Assembly (NCBI GenBank): GCA_002386045.1
Contig: DGEQ01000079.1
Location: 651-49,186, forward strand
From: Hungateiclostridiaceae bacterium UBA3922
GTDB taxonomy: Bacteria; Bacillota; Clostridia; Acetivibrionales; DTU013
Reading direction: 5' to 3'
Length of the DNA: 48,536 nt
The position numbers and the translations under genes were made by a program. Positions within the stretch are counted from its first letter, which is position 1. The number at the start of each line of letters is the position of its first letter. Below, piece by piece: positions 45,073-48,536 of the stretch. Under the pieces are notes generated by a model. It worked only from the letters and a program-made list of their open reading frames with translations, made no database searches and was not told the origin of the DNA.

Positions 45073-45558
45073 TCAGTTCAGGCGCTCCTGTTTCTGGTCC
45101 TTGTTTTCCCGTTTCAGTTTTTCCTGCATGATTTCCATCATTGCTATAAGATGCTCTCGGTCCTTCTGCAGGATCCTTCCGACAAGGTCCGCACTTTCGG
45201 GGTCAAGATCGCCTTTCACGATCTCCTCTACCATTTTCACTCCCTTGTCTTCTCCGTAATAAGCTTTCTTGAGTATTTCTTCGGAATCTTTCCCTTTTGT
45301 CTCAAGCTCCAGCATGACCTGCGAGAACATGCCCTGTATGCCCGTCCCCTTGCCGGGGACCGCACCAAGGCTCCTGATCCTCTCTCGCAGCAGTTCGGCA
45401 TGCTCCTTGTGATCAGCCCTGAATTGCTCGAAAATCCGCCTGATCTTTTCGTCATCGGCATGTGCTATAAACAGGTCGTATGACTCAGCAGCCATCAGTT
45501 CACCACTGAGCATGGTACTTAGTTCTTTTACGGTAGTTTGAGTATCCACAGGCACCAC
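45073..45558 (-). CDS. Ferritin-like four-helix-bundle protein (DUF2383/PA2169-like)
   Basis: LSGELMAAESYDLFIAHADDEKIRRIFEQFRADHKEHAELLRERIRSLG, a helical-bundle pattern. Confidence 0.65.
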   Translation of the reverse strand: MVPVDTQTTVKELSTMLSGELMAAESYDLFIAHADDEKIRRIFEQFRADHKEHAELLRERIRSLGAVPGKGTGIQGMFSQVMLELETKGKDSEEILKKAYYGEDKGVKMVEEIVKGDLDPESADLVGRILQKDREHLIAMMEIMQEKLKRENKDQKQERLN

Positions 45559-45606
45559 CCTTATCTTATGGAATGATGATCATATCACTCCATAGTGTGC
45601 CCATGT

Positions 45607-46017
45607 TCACTCAGTATATTGCCTGAGGAAATCCGGCATTTTTTCCGCCGGCCCGTTGAGGGTAATGAAGAACAGGGTCTTATGGTTTTCCGCAAGCACC
45701 TTCAGCTTTTTGAAGAATGATTCGAATTCCTCGATATTCTCTTTCGTGATGAAGTTGATCCTGTCGATGAAGATCCCCTCGATATCGTAATCCTGGGAGA
45801 GGATCCCGCATATGAACCCGAAAAAGCTTTCATGGTTTAGCGGAGGGTATTCCGACACGTTCACGAACCTTATCCTGTGCGAAAGGTCATATATGAGTTT
45901 CGTACTGTCATCTATGAATACCACCGTGCCTTTCGCCTGCTTAGCCATCCTGTTGGCTGAATCGACAAGCAGCTTCGTCTTGCCCGTGCCCTTCGGGCCG
46001 TATATGACTTTTATCAT
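45607..46017 (-). CDS. Mini P-loop ATPase (136 aa), function unknown
   Basis: MIKVIYGPKGTGKTKLL (Walker A) and VVFIDD (Walker B-like). It lies immediately downstream of the SSB-like gene. Confidence 0.65.
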   Translation of the reverse strand: MIKVIYGPKGTGKTKLLVDSANRMAKQAKGTVVFIDDSTKLIYDLSHRIRFVNVSEYPPLNHESFFGFICGILSQDYDIEGIFIDRINFITKENIEEFESFFKKLKVLAENHKTLFFITLNGPAEKMPDFLRQYTE

Positions 46018-46076
46018 CCCACCATGCCTTCCCTTTTCTTTATAGTAAACTAAAAGCCGGTTTTCACCGGCTCATC

Positions 46077-46745
46077 TTACGTCTTCGGGCTGTCACCGCT
46101 GCCGGGGCTTTCCTTGTCCCGCTCCACCACTTCCATTTTCGATATCGATACTTCATATGCCACCTTGGTCACTACTTCGCCCGACTCGTATTTTTTCTGG
46201 TATTCCCTGCTCTGTATCCTTCCCCAGATCTTTATATTGTCTCCTACGTTGAGCTTCTCGGAGAACCTGGCATTCCGGCCCCATGCGATGCATGGTATGT
46301 AATCCGACTTGTTGTAGGGGCGATTGACAGCCAGCAATATGTCGGTTATCTCTCTGCCGAACGGCGTTGTCCTGTAGATCGGTTTCTTGCATATGAAACC
46401 GTTCAGGAATATCTGGTTCGGATTTTTCACCTTCTTGTCATCATCAAGGAACGTGATCTCTCTTGCGAAAACAGTCAAAAGAAGCTTGTTGCCTTCACTG
46501 GTGTAGCTGTTGTAAGAACGGAACTGTCCCTCCACCTCGACGAGTGTTCCCGGTGTGAGCCTTTCCTTGCTCGTAAGCCTTTCTGATATGGTTACGGGTA
46601 TCACATCGCAGCTCTCGCTCAGCCTGGGCACTTCAAGCATGAAACTGTAAAACCCTTCACCGTACACGGCGTGACTGAACTCGACATTGGAAACGACTTT
46701 CCCGGCAACAGTCGCCATGTTGTTCTCTATTATGTTTCCGACCAT
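46077..46745 (-). CDS. SSB-like protein with two tandem OB folds and no canonical acidic tail
   Basis: Two similar modules of about 100 aa: (VAGKVVSNVEFSHAVYGEGFYSFMLEV...DVIPVTISERL...VEVEGQFRSY) and (LNGFICKKPIYRTTPFGREITDILLAV...DYIPCIAWGRNA...IKIWGRIQSREY). Confidence 0.7.
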   Translation of the reverse strand: MVGNIIENNMATVAGKVVSNVEFSHAVYGEGFYSFMLEVPRLSESCDVIPVTISERLTSKERLTPGTLVEVEGQFRSYNSYTSEGNKLLLTVFAREITFLDDDKKVKNPNQIFLNGFICKKPIYRTTPFGREITDILLAVNRPYNKSDYIPCIAWGRNARFSEKLNVGDNIKIWGRIQSREYQKKYESGEVVTKVAYEVSISKMEVVERDKESPGSGDSPKT

Positions 46746-46857
46746 CCGCCCCCACTCTCCTCTCGGTTCATCTGTGCATCGCTGGATTTATCTAATGTAT
46801 GTTTATTCGAGAACGGCTTGTTTTAGAATCAAAATGACTGCCAGGCTGTCAAGTTAT

Positions 46858-46886
46858 ATTATATTACATATTTTGCAACTTGCAAA
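46858..46886 (-). promoter_or_regulatory. Promoter of the SSB-like operon with an overlapping 15-bp perfect palindrome
   Basis: On the minus strand: TTGCAA (46880-46885), 16 nt, TATAAT (46858-46863). The palindrome TTTGCAACTTGCAAA (46872-46886) covers the -35 hexamer. Confidence 0.5.
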
Positions 46887-46897
46887 TCCCCAAAATA

Positions 46898-47536
46898 TTA
46901 TTGGTCCGGGTCAAAGCCGATTACGATGGAAAAAGCGGCGGCCGCCAGGAGGTCGTGGCTGTCGTATCCGCCTGCATCGAGACGCATTTTATATTCCTGG
47001 GGTCCTACAACCTTGCCGTCCTTCGTGGATACCGATCTCTGGAGGCAGCATATGAATCCGTCTTCCGATACGGTGTCGCCGATGCTGGACGTGGTAACGC
47101 AGGCCTTAGTGTTGAACCCGTAAGTTATGAACCTGTGTTTCATGCCCTCGAGAATCTTTATGAGTTCACCGTCGTCTACGTTTACTATGGCGACGCCCCT
47201 GTCGTCCAGGAGGGAAAACACTCTTTTCACACAGTCCGACAAGGCTCTTTGGCTGTTTTTGCAGAAATGTGTCCTGCCTGCATATATCAGTATATCGAAC
47301 CTGATATCGTCAGGCAGGAGCTTGTCTATCCCAGGAATGTTCATTTTCAGGATCAGCACGCTCACGTTGTTCTTCTCAAGCTCGTTTACATAAGCGCTCA
47401 ACATCCTGCTGTCGATCCCCGGCAGGCCCGCAGGGTCAATGATGCTGGCTTTTTCTCCTTTTGACGCAAGCATGGAACTGATTATTCCGGCAGGCTGCCA
47501 TTTGCCTTCGCTGCCAAGGATACCCACAATTAGCAT
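46898..47536 (-). CDS. Mur-ligase-like protein, central domain only, degenerate P-loop
   Basis: MLIVGILGSEGKWQPAG sits where Mur ligases have GTNGKT. VAIVNVDDGE, ITYGF and GGYDSHDLLAAAAFSIVIG follow the layout of the Mur ligase middle domain. There is no C-terminal domain. The start is the ATG at 47536. Confidence 0.65.
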   Translation of the reverse strand: MLIVGILGSEGKWQPAGIISSMLASKGEKASIIDPAGLPGIDSRMLSAYVNELEKNNVSVLILKMNIPGIDKLLPDDIRFDILIYAGRTHFCKNSQRALSDCVKRVFSLLDDRGVAIVNVDDGELIKILEGMKHRFITYGFNTKACVTTSSIGDTVSEDGFICCLQRSVSTKDGKVVGPQEYKMRLDAGGYDSHDLLAAAAFSIVIGFDPDQ

Positions 47537-47608
47537 TATTTCAACCCCATCGGTCGGAAAATCGGGAAACACACTCCTATGATATGCTTTTTCAGCATTT
47601 TTATGTGT

Positions 47609-48373
47609 TTACGGGGCTTTTTTCTGACGCCCTTCGTGGTCGATCATGTAGTTTTCTCTTAGAATTAGACGGGAAACCGGCACCAGTTTATATCCTGCCG
47701 ACTTCAGTTCTTCAATGATCCCTGGCAACAGCGCGGCGGTATGTGGGGTGTCGTTATGGAACAGTATTATGGAACCGTTCCTGACCCTGGAGCGTATCCT
47801 CTGCATGATCTCCTCCCTGCTTATGCCTGGTTTCCAGTCCAGTGAATCGACGTCCCACTGGATCGTAAAATAGCCGAGCTTGCGGGCTTCCTGGATGAGG
47901 GAGTTGTTGTAGTCCCCGTAAGGCGCCCTGAAAAGGTCGCACTTTTGCCCCGTTATCCTCTCGATCGCATCACCGCATTTCTTTATTTCACTGCTCTGCA
48001 TTTCGCTGCCAAGGCTCCCCATCCTGAAGTGCGAATAAGAGTGGTTGGCGACATCGTGGCCCTCCATGGCCATAGCCTTTACCATCTCCTGGTTCTTTTC
48101 GGCCCAATGCCCCACCAGGAAAAAAGTCGCCCTGACATCTGCCTCCTTCAGCGTATCCAGTATCTGCGGGATGTCGTCGGCGCCCCAGGCGCAGTCAAAT
48201 GTTATCGCAGCCAGTTTCTCATCCGTTTCGACCGAATAAATGGGGATTTCTCTCTTCGATGCAAGAACCTCCACAAAATCCATATGGGACACAGACAGGA
48301 ATATGAGCAGACAAATGCCTGCCAGCAGCAGACATGCCAGGACCCTTTTCCTGTCGACGACACATAGCTTCAT
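47609..48373 (-). CDS. pdaB: Polysaccharide deacetylase family sporulation protein (PdaB-like)
   Basis: TM/signal anchor, then NodB-domain motifs TFDCAWG, HSYSH, FRAPYG, ILFHND. Confidence 0.85.
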   Translation of the reverse strand: MKLCVVDRKRVLACLLLAGICLLIFLSVSHMDFVEVLASKREIPIYSVETDEKLAAITFDCAWGADDIPQILDTLKEADVRATFFLVGHWAEKNQEMVKAMAMEGHDVANHSYSHFRMGSLGSEMQSSEIKKCGDAIERITGQKCDLFRAPYGDYNNSLIQEARKLGYFTIQWDVDSLDWKPGISREEIMQRIRSRVRNGSIILFHNDTPHTAALLPGIIEELKSAGYKLVPVSRLILRENYMIDHEGRQKKAP

Positions 48374-48536
48374 TGCATGCTACCTCCGCAAAGGCAGGTG
48401 ATTTCCCCTAATATATTATTTTCACCCTGCCGGCGTTATGCAGAAAAAACAGAGGAGCCGATGCCGCCGGACGGTCAACGGACCGCCGGAACCGTTTCGG
48501 CACCTGCTCCACTGTTACATGATGGAGGGTCTGTCT

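Overview
This 48.5-kb window looks like a chromosomal, mostly housekeeping segment of a spore-forming Firmicute. Gene content and order are Clostridia-like: ylbJ-coaD-rsmD-recG, spoVM/rpmB, murG, DUF512-der-plsY-gpsA, rpmF-yceD-ackA-pta, a korDABC-type 2-oxoacid:ferredoxin oxidoreductase, ymaF and a pdaB-like gene. I support about 50 protein genes, most on the minus strand, one tRNA-Ala(CGC), and several promoters, terminators and an operator read directly from the sequence. One gene, a 23-aa SpoVM, is too short for the ORF track. Several ORF-track N-termini are over-extended and were re-set to starts that have a Shine-Dalgarno motif. Three parts look accessory: an agr-type quorum-sensing cassette (11.3-14.1 kb), an ABC-2 exporter / HExxH protein / two-component operon (37.7-42.4 kb), and orphan genes at 42.5-45 kb. 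I found no CRISPR array, transposase, integrase, phage genes or recognisable defence system, and I cannot honestly name a complete new system. Seven items are not explained by the annotated features. (1) A GC-rich, palindrome-dense block of about 450 nt with no credible ORF lies between recG and rpmB. (2) A roughly 50-60-nt hairpin repeat family has three copies at two loci. (3) An orphan promoter-to-terminator unit of about 110 nt lies upstream of the capA-like gene and could be an sRNA or a riboswitch. (4) An FtsA/actin-like ATPase carries at least four C-terminal modules that resemble ThiS/MoaD domains. (5) A Mur-ligase-like protein is truncated and has a degenerate P-loop. (6) A tandem-OB SSB-like protein sits next to a mini P-loop ATPase. 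(7) A second GC-rich non-coding spacer lies at 43.16-43.51 kb. All homology calls rest on motif recognition by eye, not on database searches.
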